A stretch of 63,492 nt of DNA, filler included, from Basidiobolus ranarum (Eukaryota), in the NCBI GenBank assembly GCA_040143965.1. It is 17 parts of 17 records of this genome, joined end to end, with 100 filler letters (N's around TTAATTAATTAA, not from the genome) between each part and the next. Parts side by side here need not be neighbours in the genome. Positions count along the whole stretch, not along the records: positions 11,249 to 14,895 come from JASJQH010002358.1; positions 14,996 to 18,641 come from JASJQH010002359.1; positions 18,742 to 22,385 come from JASJQH010002360.1; positions 22,486 to 26,127 come from JASJQH010002361.1; 13 more parts are not named here. One strand, written 5' to 3'. Made by a program: the position numbers and the translations under genes. The notes under the pieces are model-generated. The model was not told where the DNA came from and made no database searches. It worked only from the letters and a program-made list of their open reading frames with translations. Each line of letters begins with the position of its first letter. Within the stretch, counting starts at the first letter, position 1. Shown here piece after piece: positions 12,873 to 26,127 of the stretch.

Positions 12873-14656
12873 GATTAGAAAGTAGGAATGTAGCTGACTA
12901 GATAGTTGTATTTGATAATTTTGATGAGTAGGTATTTACGTCTTTATAGAGAATTTTGTAGATAGGAATGTTCTTTCAGGCTCTCCTTAATGCACAGAAA
13001 TTCACCTAAATTAAAATTAGCAGGTTGATTTTACATATTTATGTAATGTGTTTGTGGTTGCGAAGCGTCTCGTTGGATATTTCAAATTCATATTCACTAA
13101 TTGGGATTTGGTTGTGTGGAATAAATTTCAATTAGGTTAAACGCACTTCCTTACCAGTAGAGCTTCTGATATATAGTTGCTAGTATTTTCAATCATTTGG
13201 TTCTCTTGATTGCATATCATCTCCAAGAGTGAACATATTCTAATCATCAATGGATCCACACCCGCAACTAAGTCTCTTAGAGTATATTTCTGGCGAGAGT
13301 TTTTGCGTAATTTTATACTGACAACTTTTGGAATATCATTCTGATTCTGATTCATATAGCCGATATGGGTGAAGGATAATGATCATTCTAATATTTCCGA
13401 ATCTTTATTTACCAATCTTTACATTAGGGCGGAGGATGTCGATGATTTAGCTCTCATATTATCCAAAGAAAAAGGACTTTGTTGAACTGGCCCGAGTATA
13501 GATTTATATGGTTGCCCCAGAGGCTAATTACAGTGTCTACATAGTTTTATTTGATTAGTACCAATGTCACTTTTATCAACTTGGCCTCAACACTCTCAGT
13601 CTACTTTTTACTTGAAAATATCCCTTGATTTTTAGAATCCAGCACATTTGAATATAGCTGCTACATGTTATCATTCCTAAGTCTCTTTGATAGTTAGCTG
13701 TTGGATCTTTGATACTCATAAGTTATTTCAGTAGACTGACTAATACTTATAGCTTATTGTATTAGACTGGAAACATGGTGATTCATCTGAAAGATATGGA
13801 ATACCCTTGTGCCATAATGAGTTATGTCAAGTTATGGGAGATCTTCACCTTGCCACCCATAACGCCCCTCCCCCCGCAACTGCTGCTCCAAATGGATTTT
13901 CCACATCCACTAGTACATCATCAGCAACGCATCGGAGCAATAATAAGGACTTGATACAATAGGGTATTACTGGCAACTTGGAAACATATACGAACGAGCA
14001 TACATGCATAAACAACAGTAGATATGAGATGGTGATAATATATAATGATAGTGAGTGCTACACTTTTAAACCTTTGTTATCGTATCCATGATCGTTCAAA
14101 CAATAGCTTAAAGTGGACCAAAATAATGGCCACAAAAGCTATTTATGGAGCGGCCATTTTCCCGACGGCGTTCACAAACCAAATACTTTATAAAGCATTA
14201 CAATTCAAACAGTGACCCTTCTGATACCACGTATGGATATATCAGAAGTAGGGTACATTAACCTATGATAATAACCCTAACCCTAAACAAACTGGCGACA
14301 ATATCTCATTAAGGAATTTCCTCATTCTCACTACTTAATTTGGAAGTCACTCCTTCAGTACCAAATCCTAGGCCCATCATATCTAAAAGGCACGTTTCTG
14401 CCAATATCGCCTAGATCTCCAATGAAGAAGAGTATAAAATTAGCATTCCCTCTTTTGGTGCGACGTTTAATTCTAATTTAGTAGTTACCGTTATCGGCGC
14501 TTAGTTATGAGGAATACATGCTAGTAGCTCTTCAGTGATCAGTAACGGGGTTTTTTCGAGGTTTCGAGGATATAAAGTGGGCGCATAGGTCAATCAAGAA
14601 AACCATTTCACTTGTACATATCCTCACTTTAAACTATTGCACAATAGAAGAGGAAA

Positions 14657-14895
14657 ATGAAAGACCGTAGCCATACTATGTCTTGCTATTTCTTCCGAAC
14701 AAATCCTAGTCGGTTAATAAAGTTACTTTGTGTAGTTAGCCTTCTTCTCTGCATCGCCTTTACTATACATAAATCTGTCACCCCAATTTCTACTGTGACT
14801 AGAGTACCAACGGAGTCCCACTTCCAGAAGTTCGTGGAGGACGGAGAGCCTACAGAATTTCAAAGAATACCCTTGAAAACTCTCATTCTACAATA
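14657..14895 (+). CDS. 5' fragment of a type II membrane protein (possibly a Golgi glycosyltransferase)
   Basis: Short basic N-terminus, one hydrophobic helix (LIKLLCVVSLLLCIAFTI), open to the contig end; TATAAA near 14571. Confidence 0.5.
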
Positions 14896-16574
14896 NNNNN
14901 NNNNNNNNNNNNNNNNNNNNNNNNNNNNNNNNNNNNNNNTTAATTAATTAANNNNNNNNNNNNNNNNNNNNNNNNNNNNNNNNNNNNNNNNNNNNGCAAT
15001 CACAACGTAGCCAGTTGGTATATCCATTGTCGTGCATTTAGTGTTGAGTCTAGCAGAACACCAGCGAACTCGTCAGTGTTATTGCTGCTAGTCGACAGGG
15101 TTCTTGTATTGTTGGCTCTTGCAGTAAGTAGTTTCAGGTGATGGCTAATCCGGTGCATCTGGCCTGAGAGGGCCTAAGACTCGGTGATCTTCAATTTGTA
15201 ACACTATTAAAGCACCAATATATATCCAGAATTTCCAGATTGGGATCATTATCCAACATGATATGCTCCTTATATCGATGGGACGCTTCATGAGATTCCA
15301 TCAAGAGTGTTTGTTGCTGACGGCGTGGCAACCAGTCAACAGATCTTCAACGACAGCGTCTACACTACCAGCGTGGACATCACTGTGTAAGCATCTCTGG
15401 GGGATGTCTCCATATAGCGCATACTTTCTGATTTGCATAACTGGTCGGGGCAACTGGTTTGACGCCAGCTGATAGGGAATTCCCTGATCGCTCGCTTCAC
15501 TCAGATATTCGATTTCGGACACAAATCCATGTCGATCAGCTTCAAGATCCTACTATATCTATCAGGGTTACGGGTTACACGCAATGTAATGTGCCAATAC
15601 TCCATAGCCAATGGGCTTCCGTTCACTTGCTCACCAAACAACTGTCCCACCCACGTTACGTAGCGGTCAATGCACTCCATACCCTTTGAAGAGGCAAACA
15701 TAAAATGCAATACTGATTGTTCATGGGGCTTCAGTGATATAATATATATATGTGCAGAATGTGAGATTTGCTCTACGTCATAGCTGCAGTGATTTCTTGC
15801 TGGTTCACCAATACCTGTCCGTTCACAATGCAAACAATGCAATTAGGCAATGTAAGCTTCAATTCAATCAGAACACTAAATCACTGATACAATTGTGCTT
15901 AATCCAATGACGCTCCATGGAGTACAATCCCCGCCATCCTTGGATGTAAATCATATGCTGGCTGTTGGAGTTTGTAGCATAATACTAGATCCTGATTCTC
16001 TGACACTGGCTCTGTTTCATTATCCAGGTCTGTACTGATATCTGAAGCTTAATGATTTAATATCAATTTAATTCTCCCTAGCATTGGAATGCCCAAAAGG
16101 CTAACGCATGCGTGTTGCTCAATCAGCAACAGCTTGCCACAAGGTATTTTCACATTACTCTTTCATGTATTGGCCCAGCTGACTGCTCCGTATATTTAGA
16201 TATTTATTTAGCTCTGTATATTTATATAATTTCAAGTATAGTATGAATCTAATATTTATCACTCTCTCTGTGGAAGATGTATTGAAGTTAGCCTTTGGAA
16301 CCTGATGAACCCAGTTAAGCCATTATTAGAATTTGGCACCTAAAATTTTCATGTATCATATTTAGAATATTTCATATTTGTTGACTGTAACATTTGCAAG
16401 CTATAAATATAATAAATATTAGACAGATGGAACTCAGTTGGGTTACCATAAATATACACTTTCATACTCAACTCTCTTAATGTATTTAGAAAGAATTGTC
16501 ACTGTTCTGAACATTTAGAGCAAATATGAAACTCAGTGTTTGTAGTTATGCTTGCATTGGATATTAACAAAAAT

Positions 16575-17382
16575 AGTGAGGCAGTTTGTGCTTGTATGGC
16601 ATTAGAGAATCAGGCTTATTGATTTAGTTTTATCCACTGTAATGAAGTCAAAGGAGAGGTGGTATTGGAGCCAGTAAAATGATCTACCAGATATGCCAAT
16701 TATCAGAAACCTATTATTGTTTGGGATGAATTGAAAGTGCTTAGGAAAACTAGCAGAAATATGTGAGCTAAATTGATTGTTATACATATTGAAATTGCAA
16801 AGTCCAACCATCTATAGAGTCATATATAGTTTCATATCTAGATATTCCATATTTTACTAAGCTACCACTCACTATTTTCAAGAGTCATAAGAATCATAGC
16901 CAATGATCTTTCACAAGCATTTTCCCAATCAATTCAAACTTTGATCCTATCTCAAATGGCTTATTCATATTGAATTTTTCACTATATAATTGAGTAAGTA
17001 GTAATGGAATGTCATTGAATAGTAAGTGCATAGTGCCTAATGGGAAGCTCTGGCTCCAGCTGATCCCTTTTAGCAACAGAATCTTAGGCTTATGGCTAAT
17101 ACCAAGTTTGATGTTAGACTGACATTTGTTAAATTGATATCAGTGAGCATGTTGAGATCTCACTAGACTCTCAATGGTAAAATCATGGAGTTTAGTTTTG
17201 TATTTGGCTAGTACTAAAGCATATGCCTGATAGAGTAAACTCCATTGATTTGACAAAATCTACAGCAAGATAGTGCATTGTGCTCACAAAAACCTCCAAG
17301 CTTACTGATGGCAGGAGTGTCACAAATACATACAATGATATTAGCTTTAATAAAATATGCACCCACCTGAATCCCATTAGAT
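16575..17382 (-). mobile_element. CACTA transposase (Tnp2/Transposase_21-like) fragment
   Basis: DTPAISK..GF.EHNALSCCRFC and SWSQSFPLGTMHLLFND; aligns with 52394-52735 and 50820-51130. Confidence 0.85.
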
Positions 17383-17729
17383 TGTTAAAGTATTTGGGAG
17401 CCTGTTGGAAGTGGTTTGGAGAATTAGAGGAGTTGGTGGTTTTCACTTACTGATTTATTGAACAGAAAGTTGACATTTATAGTTTGGTCAAGATGTAAGC
17501 AAACTAACATGTAAATATGATATGGAAGGTCCCAGGAGTATGTGTGCAAAGTTTGGGGCTTCTAGCACAGGTTTGAAATAGCTATACATCTAAGAACTTC
17601 TAAGTTGGTGAAAATATTTAAAGTAAATTCCAATTGAGAATAATGGATAATATCTTAGTGAATTATAAGATAACTAAGTAATAAGCTATATATGAATATA
17701 TAGGTGTTTAGGCAATGCTAATTTCAACT
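17383..17729 (-). repeat. Copia LTR family B (3' LTR), inserted into CACTA transposase
   Basis: Follows the polypurine tract TTGAGGGAGAG and RNase H on the minus strand; ends ...CCCAAATACTTTAACA; several further copies in the window. Confidence 0.9.
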
Positions 17730-17740
17730 CTCTCCCTCAA

Positions 17741-18641
17741 CTAAATAGTCATATAAACTAATCCTAATAAAGGTCTAACTTTCTCAAATTTCTGTCTAGC
17801 TAATGGTTTGGTCAATATATCAGCAATCATTTCTTCTGTAGAACAATAAGTTAAGTCAATAAACTTATTCTCTATAGTCTCTCTAATAAAGTGATGCTTA
17901 ATATCAATATGTTTGCTTCTACTATGAAACATGGGATTTTTAGCTAATTTGATACAACTTTGATTATGTTGAAATATTGTAGTTGGAGAGTTTGGAAAAT
18001 AACCTAAATCTGTTAAGAGTCTTCTTAACCATAGTGCTTCTTTTGTTGCTTCATAGGAAGCTATACATTTTGCTTCTGTTGTTGAAAGTGCTACAGTGGG
18101 TTGTTTCTTTGAATTCCAAGAAATAGCTCCATTACTGCAAAGAAATAAGTGTCCTGTTGGGGATCTCCTGTCTTCAATATCTCTTCCCCAATTTGCATCT
18201 GAATATCCCATCAGATCAAAGTTTGATCCAGAATATGAGTATTTTAAGCACAGATCCACAGTATCTTTCAAATATCTTAAAATCTGCTTAACTGCTATGA
18301 ATTGATCAGATCCATAATTTTGAAAATATTGGCACATAACTCACACAGAATATGCACAATCCAGCCATGTTCCAACAATGATATATATCAAATAACCACC
18401 ATAGATTGATAAGGAAATTTCTGGTTTTATTTGAATCCAAAATCATCTGATGTGAACTGTTTTTGGTCAAGTTAAGATTTGTCTCCATTGGGGTAGATAT
18501 TGGATTACATTCTTCCATCTTAAACTTCTTTAGTATATCTAGGATATACTTAGACTGGTTTAAACTTATTGTCTTGGTAGTTCTATCCATCTTAATTTGA
18601 ATTCTAAGATAGTATGTCAGTTCACCAAGAGCAGTCATTTT
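17741..18641 (-). mobile_element. Ty1/Copia pol C-terminus (RT end and RNase H), frameshifted
   Basis: GYSDANWG, WNSKKQPTVALSTTEA, FHSRSKHIDIKHHFIRE, MIADILTKPL. Confidence 0.95.
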
Positions 18642-19949
18642 NNNNNNNNNNNNNNNNNNNNNNNNNNNNNNNNNNNNNNNNNNNNTTAATTAATTAANNN
18701 NNNNNNNNNNNNNNNNNNNNNNNNNNNNNNNNNNNNNNNNNTGCGGGGACGGAGCTGTCTTCTGACAAGAAAGACATGGCAAGTGTCTGCAAATATACTG
18801 GTATATTACTTTTTCTATTATGAAAGGAGACAAGTGAAGCCTAATATACGCTTGATGATCCAGTCATATTAGATACATTTCTGAGTGAAGAGCAGTTCAA
18901 CTTAATTGGTAAATCTATTGACTACGGATTTTCCACTTCTTATAAAATTGTATTCATGTATAACATTCGTACTCACATGTATGTCTATTTGCGTTTGCAT
19001 TTCACACGATACAAGCGCATCACCTACATATTGAATGTGATACCTGTTTATTAGGCTGGGTTCCTGAGGCGAGTGCAAATTCGGGACTCCATTCACTGAC
19101 AAATTGACTGATTAACTTTATTTCGATGGTGCTATTCTTATAGGGTTGATCAGGAGGAAATCGAGTGGTATTCCTGCCGGAATTGGGAATGTGACAAATT
19201 CGGAACTTGGGTATGAGAGTGATGACCCATTTCCGATGTTGGTTAGTTTTGAAAAAAATACCAAAGATAGAATAATAGTAGGGGTTTATCTTCCTAACAG
19301 TTAATAACGTTTGACTGGTTATTTCTGGAGATATATGTATTTCTGTAACGGCTTTGGTGGTTGCGGGTCGTGTAGGAACGAATGTGAAACTTGGTGAAGG
19401 TTGAGGCTAGGTCATAGGATGTAGGTGTTCAAAATATCAGATTGATTGGGACCTCATATTGTCTCCGAAATCGCCATCACCTTTCGTTCGATAGTCCGGT
19501 TTCGTTACATGTTGACATGCGAGGCATTTGGGATTTATGAATAGACGCCACAGTAAACGATACCGGGTTCCTATTATCATGGTCACAATCCTACTGTTTG
19601 AAGAACCAAGAAATGAAAAACAATCCACCTACTAGTTTTAAATATCAATGGTTTTTAAAAATTCTCACACTCGTATGTCAAGTTTGAGACGTACAATTCA
19701 CTAATACTACTAAAAATCGTAGGTTCGTGAGTGTAGTTTCATCTTCTACAGATGCATAGGTAGCGATTATATACTACAGATAAATAAAAATGAACCCAAC
19801 AATCCACTTGAAATTAGACATAGATAGTGACCTAGAATACTACAACTTTGTAGTTTTTACTTATGATTGCATACAAATCATTATAGTGTTCTGCCTGCAA
19901 TTCCCTTGTTATAATAATTCTATCCCAATTTTCTATGGAGGGTTGTTCA

Positions 19950-20283
19950 TGTTGAAATTAGCATTGCCTAAACACCTATATAGTCATATATAGCTTAGTA
20001 CTTAGTTATCTTATAGTTCACTAAGATTTTATCAATTATTCTCAATTGGAATTTACTTAGAATATTTTTACCAACTTAGAAGTTCTCAGATATATAGATT
20101 TTTCAAACTTGTGCTAGAAGCCCCAAACCTTGCACACATGTTCCTGGGACTTTCCTTAACACATTCTACACGTTAGTGTGTTTACATCTTGACAAAACTA
20201 TAAATATCAACTTTCTACTAAATAATCACCAATTTCTCTAATTCTCCAAACCACTTCCAACAGGCTCCCAAAATACTTCAACA
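19950..20283 (+). repeat. Copia LTR family B, solo copy (left flank 19838-19949 is a CACTA fragment)
   Basis: TGTTGAAATTAGC...ATACTTCAACA. No 5-bp target-site duplication (GTTCA vs CTGGT). Confidence 0.9.
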
Positions 20284-20760
20284 CTGGTAGTTGTGATTGA
20301 TTTAACATTGATACAAAGACACTCCAGAGCTCGTGGTCAAAATCGGTGGCATTATCCTTGCTTTCATCTTCATATGGTGTGGTACTATTTACAGCCGATT
20401 GTGCTGAGTTAAAAGTGTGCATATCTCCAAGTGCATGAGTTCTACCAATATCTCCTCCTGTATACATATATGATCTCACCAACGATCAAGGTCAGTGCCT
20501 CTTGTGGGATAGATGGTTAGGTATGAGGCGAAGGACGTCTAGAAGATTCGAAATGTGAGCAATCTTGTGGTGTGGTTGCGGGTACGTTGGTGTCTGGCTG
20601 TACGGGCCCTATAAGTAAGCTTTCAAAGTCGCACCGAGAAGGTAAACTAGATAGATAACCATTTCCACGAATTCATCTTCTATTGAGTTTGAGTCAGAAC
20701 CTCTACAACCAGCATCTACAAAGGATTTGATATCACAATCTTCTACATCCTTAAGCATTT
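20284..20760 (-). pseudogene. Disrupted paralogue of the gene at 21753-22385
   Basis: Shares YTGGD.G..H....TF.S...AVN and FDHE(L/I)W.VFVSM.NQSQLP. Has in-frame stops and is cut by LTR B. The upstream boundary is uncertain. Confidence 0.7.
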
Positions 20761-21752
20761 GTATTCCAAAAATTGCGCTCTGCAAGCGATCAGAGCGAAA
20801 ACGTCAACAAGCAAGTTGTCGATTTTGCTTATGTACTATATCTATCTTATCCAACTTACATCATGATGAAGCCTTAACTCTTGCCATACGACGAAGTCCC
20901 AACTGATGACACGTCCTTTCCGGAGTCAATTCGCTCCAGCAAATCGACCTTGCTAAAGATAGTGATGAGTTGATAGTAACCGCGTGGTAATCATCTGGTC
21001 AAAGTTTGAATTTTGGCCTTGTAGCAGCCCGTCTATATTTCCTTTCGCACTTTCTAGAATGTATCACCACGAACTACTTTCTACATATTGAGACGATTGT
21101 TTTCCAATCAGTGTTGAATTATTAAGGTTCCGAGAGATTTTCGAAAAATTATTACTTCAATCTCTTCTTGAGAAGCATCCCTACTATACGAATCGAATCA
21201 CGTAGTGTGCAGGTTTTGACTCGGGTGAATATTATTTAAAAATTAAATGGTAGTTTAACGACTTGCCAGCAATGTTTGTTATTAGGTCCTCTTTTTTTGG
21301 GATAATTTGTAATAGTGCATTCGTACCCGAAGATCACTCACGTACAGCATATTAGTGCTACTCCATCGTGTCTGTCTTTTTTCTGGGGACTTACATCATA
21401 TACGTTTTTTACGCACAAGGGGTTGTATTCCGACAAGAGAAACATCGCAAGTGTATCACTATATAAGTATTCGTTTGGTATACTTCAAGTCTATCCTATA
21501 CCCAGGCTGTTTATTACATTGCTTTTCTAAATAAGAATTGTGGGTTGATGTTCATATTTCAAGAGACATCATCTGGTTCTGTCATTCAAATTATTATAAA
21601 TCGGAGTGACATTAGTTGAAATGACAATACAAAGTTTATGCTATATAATGTGGGGATTCTGATGGCACAAGATACCAAAGGAAAAACAAAGACTAAAAAT
21701 ACAACTCGAAATCTAGCTGAGAATATATCACAATGGACTCACCTTACCAAGA

Positions 21753-22385
21753 TTACTTCTCAGTAATACTATCTGGAAGTTGTGATTGATTAAACATCGA
21801 TACAAATACATTCCATATTTCGTGATCAAAATTGGTGGAGTCTTCATTATCACTTCCAAGGACTGCAGTGCCATTTACTGCCAATTCTAAGGAGTGAAAA
21901 GTATCCGCATCAACAAATGTATGGCTATTGCCAGTATCTCCTCCAGAATATACCTCTGGTTCCGACATTCTATAGAGTTCAGTGTGACTTAGAGGATAAG
22001 TGGAGGAGAATGAAACTAAAGACGAGCTAGAGGTTTGTTGATGTGGGTAATTTTCTGATGCGGCTGTAGACATGTTGATGTACATTTGTTTGGATCGTAA
22101 AAGCAAGCTTTCAGAGTCGTGTCGAGAGGGTGGGCTGGCAAGATCATCGGTAGTAGAGAGTTGTTCGTTGGACGGGGAATAGATCACTGGCTGTTGTGAG
22201 TCAGACACCATGTCTAAAAGTCCATGAGACTGGATCATGTCTTCAAGTAAACTTAAATATAAGGAGATGATTATCGAGTCGATATTCAGGTTCTTAAGGA
22301 TGTTAAGGTTGACAATCAGATTAGCCTTGGAGGCATAAGCCAAATTAGAGTCTAACTTAGGTATGTTCATTGTGTGAATAGTACT
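21753..22385 (-). CDS. C-terminal part of an unknown Ser-rich, acidic protein (5'-truncated)
   Basis: More than 205 codons open to the contig end; normal CpG content; conserved with the adjacent paralogue. Confidence 0.65.
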   Translation of the reverse strand, partial: STIHTMNIPKLDSNLAYASKANLIVNLNILKNLNIDSIIISLYLSLLEDMIQSHGLLDMVSDSQQPVIYSPSNEQLSTTDDLASPPSRHDSESLLLRSKQMYINMSTAASENYPHQQTSSSSLVSFSSTYPLSHTELYRMSEPEVYSGGDTGNSHTFVDADTFHSLELAVNGTAVLGSDNEDSTNFDHEIWNVFVSMFNQSQLPDSITEK

Positions 22386-22485
22386 NNNNNNNNNNNNNNN
22401 NNNNNNNNNNNNNNNNNNNNNNNNNNNNNTTAATTAATTAANNNNNNNNNNNNNNNNNNNNNNNNNNNNNNNNNNNNNNNNNNNN

Positions 22486-23629
22486 GCTGATCCTGGTAGG
22501 AAATACAGCCTTAGCATTGACTTTACGGTTGATCATTTGGCAGCTTTGGAAATGCACCCCGAAAAAATATGGAATTCGAAAGAATACATTTAAATTCCTG
22601 TTAGATCATCCCCGACGTTGCTTCACTACCCTATTTCCAGCACGTACAACCTGGCTACTGTTCATAATCTTGATAGCATTGAACGTACTGGACTTGATAA
22701 TGTTTTTGGTACTGAACTTGAATGTTTCCGATGTGACTGCGCTATCATGGGGCGACCGGGTCATGGATGGTCTATTTCAGTCATTTGCCACCCGAACAGG
22801 AGGGTTTGCGATATTTTCACTGAGCGATCTTAATGCAGGCTTGCTGGTACTGTACGTATTGATGATGTATATAGCTGTCTATCCGGTTGCAATCTCGATA
22901 CGTCACACGAATATCTACGAAGAACGTGCCGTTGGAGTGTACCAGGAGAAGGAAGATTCTGAATTCGAAGAAGCCCCAGAAGAGGAACTCAAAGAGAATG
23001 CTTCAGGCATGATGGATACGCAGCACGAAGATGAACACGCGATCACTGCCTCGGCCAATCCGTTGTTAGCGCACAAGAATAACCGAAATCCAGCGTTTTT
23101 CCTAGGGCTTCAACTACGTAGACAGTTGTTCAATGATGTCGGATGGATATTCATCGGGCTATTCATCATTTGTAGTATTGAGGCTGACCAAATCCTTAAA
23201 GACATTGATTTCTCAGTATTCGGGGTATTATTCGAGATAGTTTCCGCTTATGCCAATGTTGGGATTAGTCTTGGGTATCCGAATGTAATGTATTCACTAT
23301 CAGGAAAGATGGGCCCTACCTCTAAATTTGTAATGCTTGCAATCATGGTAATTGGCAGGCATCGAGGTATATATTTGCTGTTGACTTTCTACGCCTCTAA
23401 ATATTATTAATGCTACTTTTGTTACTCAGGGCTACCACAGGCAGTAGATCGTGCCGTATTGCTACCCTCAGAGAAGCTTCACGAAAAAGAGCTTGAAGAT
23501 CTGTTGCTGCGGAGGTCGTCAATTGCGAACTTTGGGAATTACTCTGCTTCTAACCAAAATACCTTTCACACAGTTCCCTTACGTAGACAAGACTCTATGC
23601 CTTTACGAAGAGTGATCACTACTGGTTAA
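22486..23629 (+). CDS. TRK: Trk-family potassium transporter, C-terminal half
   Basis: ILVGNT, LLDHPRRCFTTLFP, DGLFQSFATRTGGF, LFEIVSAYANVGISLGYP and GRHR|GLPQAVDRAVLLP across a GT-AG intron at about 23367-23430. Confidence 0.95.
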
Positions 23630-23795
23630 TTAGGCATCACTAGACAATGAATACATCCTAATTTTCACTCATTCGGCTTGCAATTAGATAGTATGCAATA
23701 TTCCTGTTTATTATTTTATCTCACCCAGTTCATCTGGGACCATAAAGGAAACACGTTATGAGATGCTGGGTAGAAAACCAGTGCAGTAGAGTCAC

Positions 23796-25484
23796 TCACT
23801 TAGATTTACTAGAGTCGTTATATTGTTGCTCGATTACATTACTAGCACCCGTCCATTTCCCAAAACCAACCAAGCGAAAGTTGGCTGGCCATCTAGGACT
23901 GAACCATGATTTCCATGCTAAAGATAAACTATGATGCTCGCGAACGATGGACCAGAAGGATGGGAAAAATCCACAAATTTTGGCTAGATCATTAAGATAG
24001 TTTTGATTCGGCTCCCAGATTGATCTTTGAGTGGCAGGTAGATGTTCTTTCTTCTTTACGAGGAGTGAGTCCATTGCTGCTTTCTTGGGAAGCTTGACTC
24101 TATCAGTCCATACGGAAGTGATATATCTTATCTGTACGTCGCTTCAACCCGTAAATGGTGAAAACCTTCAATCTCTTAGTTCGAGTGATACCCAAATTAA
24201 CTTACCTTAATATCATGGCCGAATCTACAATAACCTCCTATTAGTAACTTGATGCTATAATCCTAAGAAATTCCTCTCACATACCAAGTGTAAAAACTAA
24301 TCCTAAAAAAGCAATGCTAGGATAGTGAGGTGGAAAAATTCCTTCATGTAGCCATAGAGGTCCATTTTCCAAGGAGCTTTTTTCACTTGGTTGTTCACCT
24401 AATACGTATTTATGAACCTCTTTTTCGGTAAAAAAGGGGAAGTGTAGTTGATATCCAGTAGCCAATATCACCGTATCTATATCGCTGATAATATCACCAT
24501 TGGTAAATCGAATGGACTTTGCATCCTCCAAGAAGCAGTCAATCCCTGGTTCAGTCAATACACTACCTGAAGCTAGTCTTTCAAGCATCATAGCGGATGC
24601 CGCAGGAGACTTTTCAAACAAGCTCAATTTCTTTGGCTTTAACCAACCTGTACCGGGTATAAGTATAAAATTACTAGCTAGATAGTTGGATAGCCAACTA
24701 GGGATTAGCCAAGTTAGAAATCGGTTCAAGGATAAATCTACTGGCTTGCCAGCACCAGTTAGCCTTGGAAAGATGTACGCTCCACTTCGTGAAGATATAA
24801 TAACTTCTTTGGCCACATAGGACATTTCACTAGCAATATCACACGAGGTAGTACCCGAGCCAACGACAACTACGCGTTTACCAACGAATTCCGAAGGGTC
24901 ATGGTACATGGTAGAATGGATTATGCTCCCCTTGAATCGGTCCATTCCTTTAAATTTTGGCATAATTGGGCATGAATTATGCCCGTTAGCGACGATCACA
25001 TGATCTACATAGAGTTTATCAAGCAGTCCTTCCTTTTCGTAACTCACTTCCCAGCCTTCTTTAAATGGTTTTAGTTGGGTAACTTTATGGTTAAACTTTA
25101 TATGATTCTCCAAGTGGAATTCTTTTGAGTAATTGTTGAGGTATTCACGGACTTTTGGTTGTGGTAAGAATGTCGGCCAACTAGAAGGAATTGGGAAATC
25201 CGGGAAAGGAGACATATCTCTGCTCATGATAAAAACGATATTTTTGTACATGGGGGTAGGCTCAGGGGAGTCTTTTCCATCGTATTTCCATATGCCACCC
25301 ACATTTGCACTCTGTTCAAAGCAAATGGGGATTAATTTACCATTTGTCTCCAGGCAGCCTTTTATAGCGTTTAATCCGCTTAATCCTAACGATGCCAAAG
25401 TCGAATTCCGTTAGTATAGATGAAACAGTTTGAAAGTAATATCTAGTATAGACCTGCTCCGATAATAGCTACGCGTTTACTCAT
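23796..25484 (-). CDS. Flavin-containing monooxygenase (class B FMO)
   Basis: MSKRVAIIGAG|LSGL (FAD site), GGIW, FKGSIIHSTMY (FMO signature), VVVVGSGTT (NADPH site), ILATGY. Spliced, including a 19-nt exon at 24206-24224. The stop may lie a little further 3' if GTGAGT is a donor. Confidence 0.95.
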
Positions 25485-26033
25485 TTGTTTTGAAATGGTT
25501 AAGAGAGCGTGAGGTTGAGTATAAATATATAATCAGCCTTGGTGTGTAACGAAGTACCAACATTCATGGGATCTTTTAGATATACAAATAGATTTTTAAG
25601 TAACGATAGGCACAGATGATATAATATCAATTTACCAGTATCTAGAATAAGCTGGTTTAAAAGTGATATAAATTAATGACAGACTGTAGCCTGGATGCAA
25701 TGCTACTGGATTTCACGACATTGTGGTTAAAATTTAACGATGGGGCTGAGGTACAATTGTATTATTGGAATTCAGTCGGATTTACATATTTATATAATAA
25801 GAATAACTAAAAATAACGAGAATGTTTGTTGGGTACTGTCAGTGAGAGTGGTACATAAATAAGTAGATAGAATTGTGTAGAAATATATTAGCAAGTACTG
25901 TGGGTCTATAGAGTGAGAAAGTATTGTACAAGCAAGTGATGTTGGGTGTTTCGAGTATTCTATATGCGGATACACATATTCTGAAAAATACAATAATATA
26001 CCTTTTAATGTAGATAGATTACACGGCATGCAC

Positions 26034-26127
<94 letters not shown>

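Noticed and set aside
12424..12885. 153-aa plus-strand ORF
   Set aside because: Antisense shadow of the secreted-protein gene, with a non-ATG start. The same shadow explanation applies to 24500, 25133, 28139, 33330, 47688, 61349 and 62514.
14272..14286. TAACCCTAACCCTAA telomere-like motif
   Set aside because: Only 2.5 units and internal to the contig; compatible with chance.
18742..19640. Possible spliced gene start on the minus strand
   Set aside because: I could not assemble a consistent reading frame or recognise a domain.
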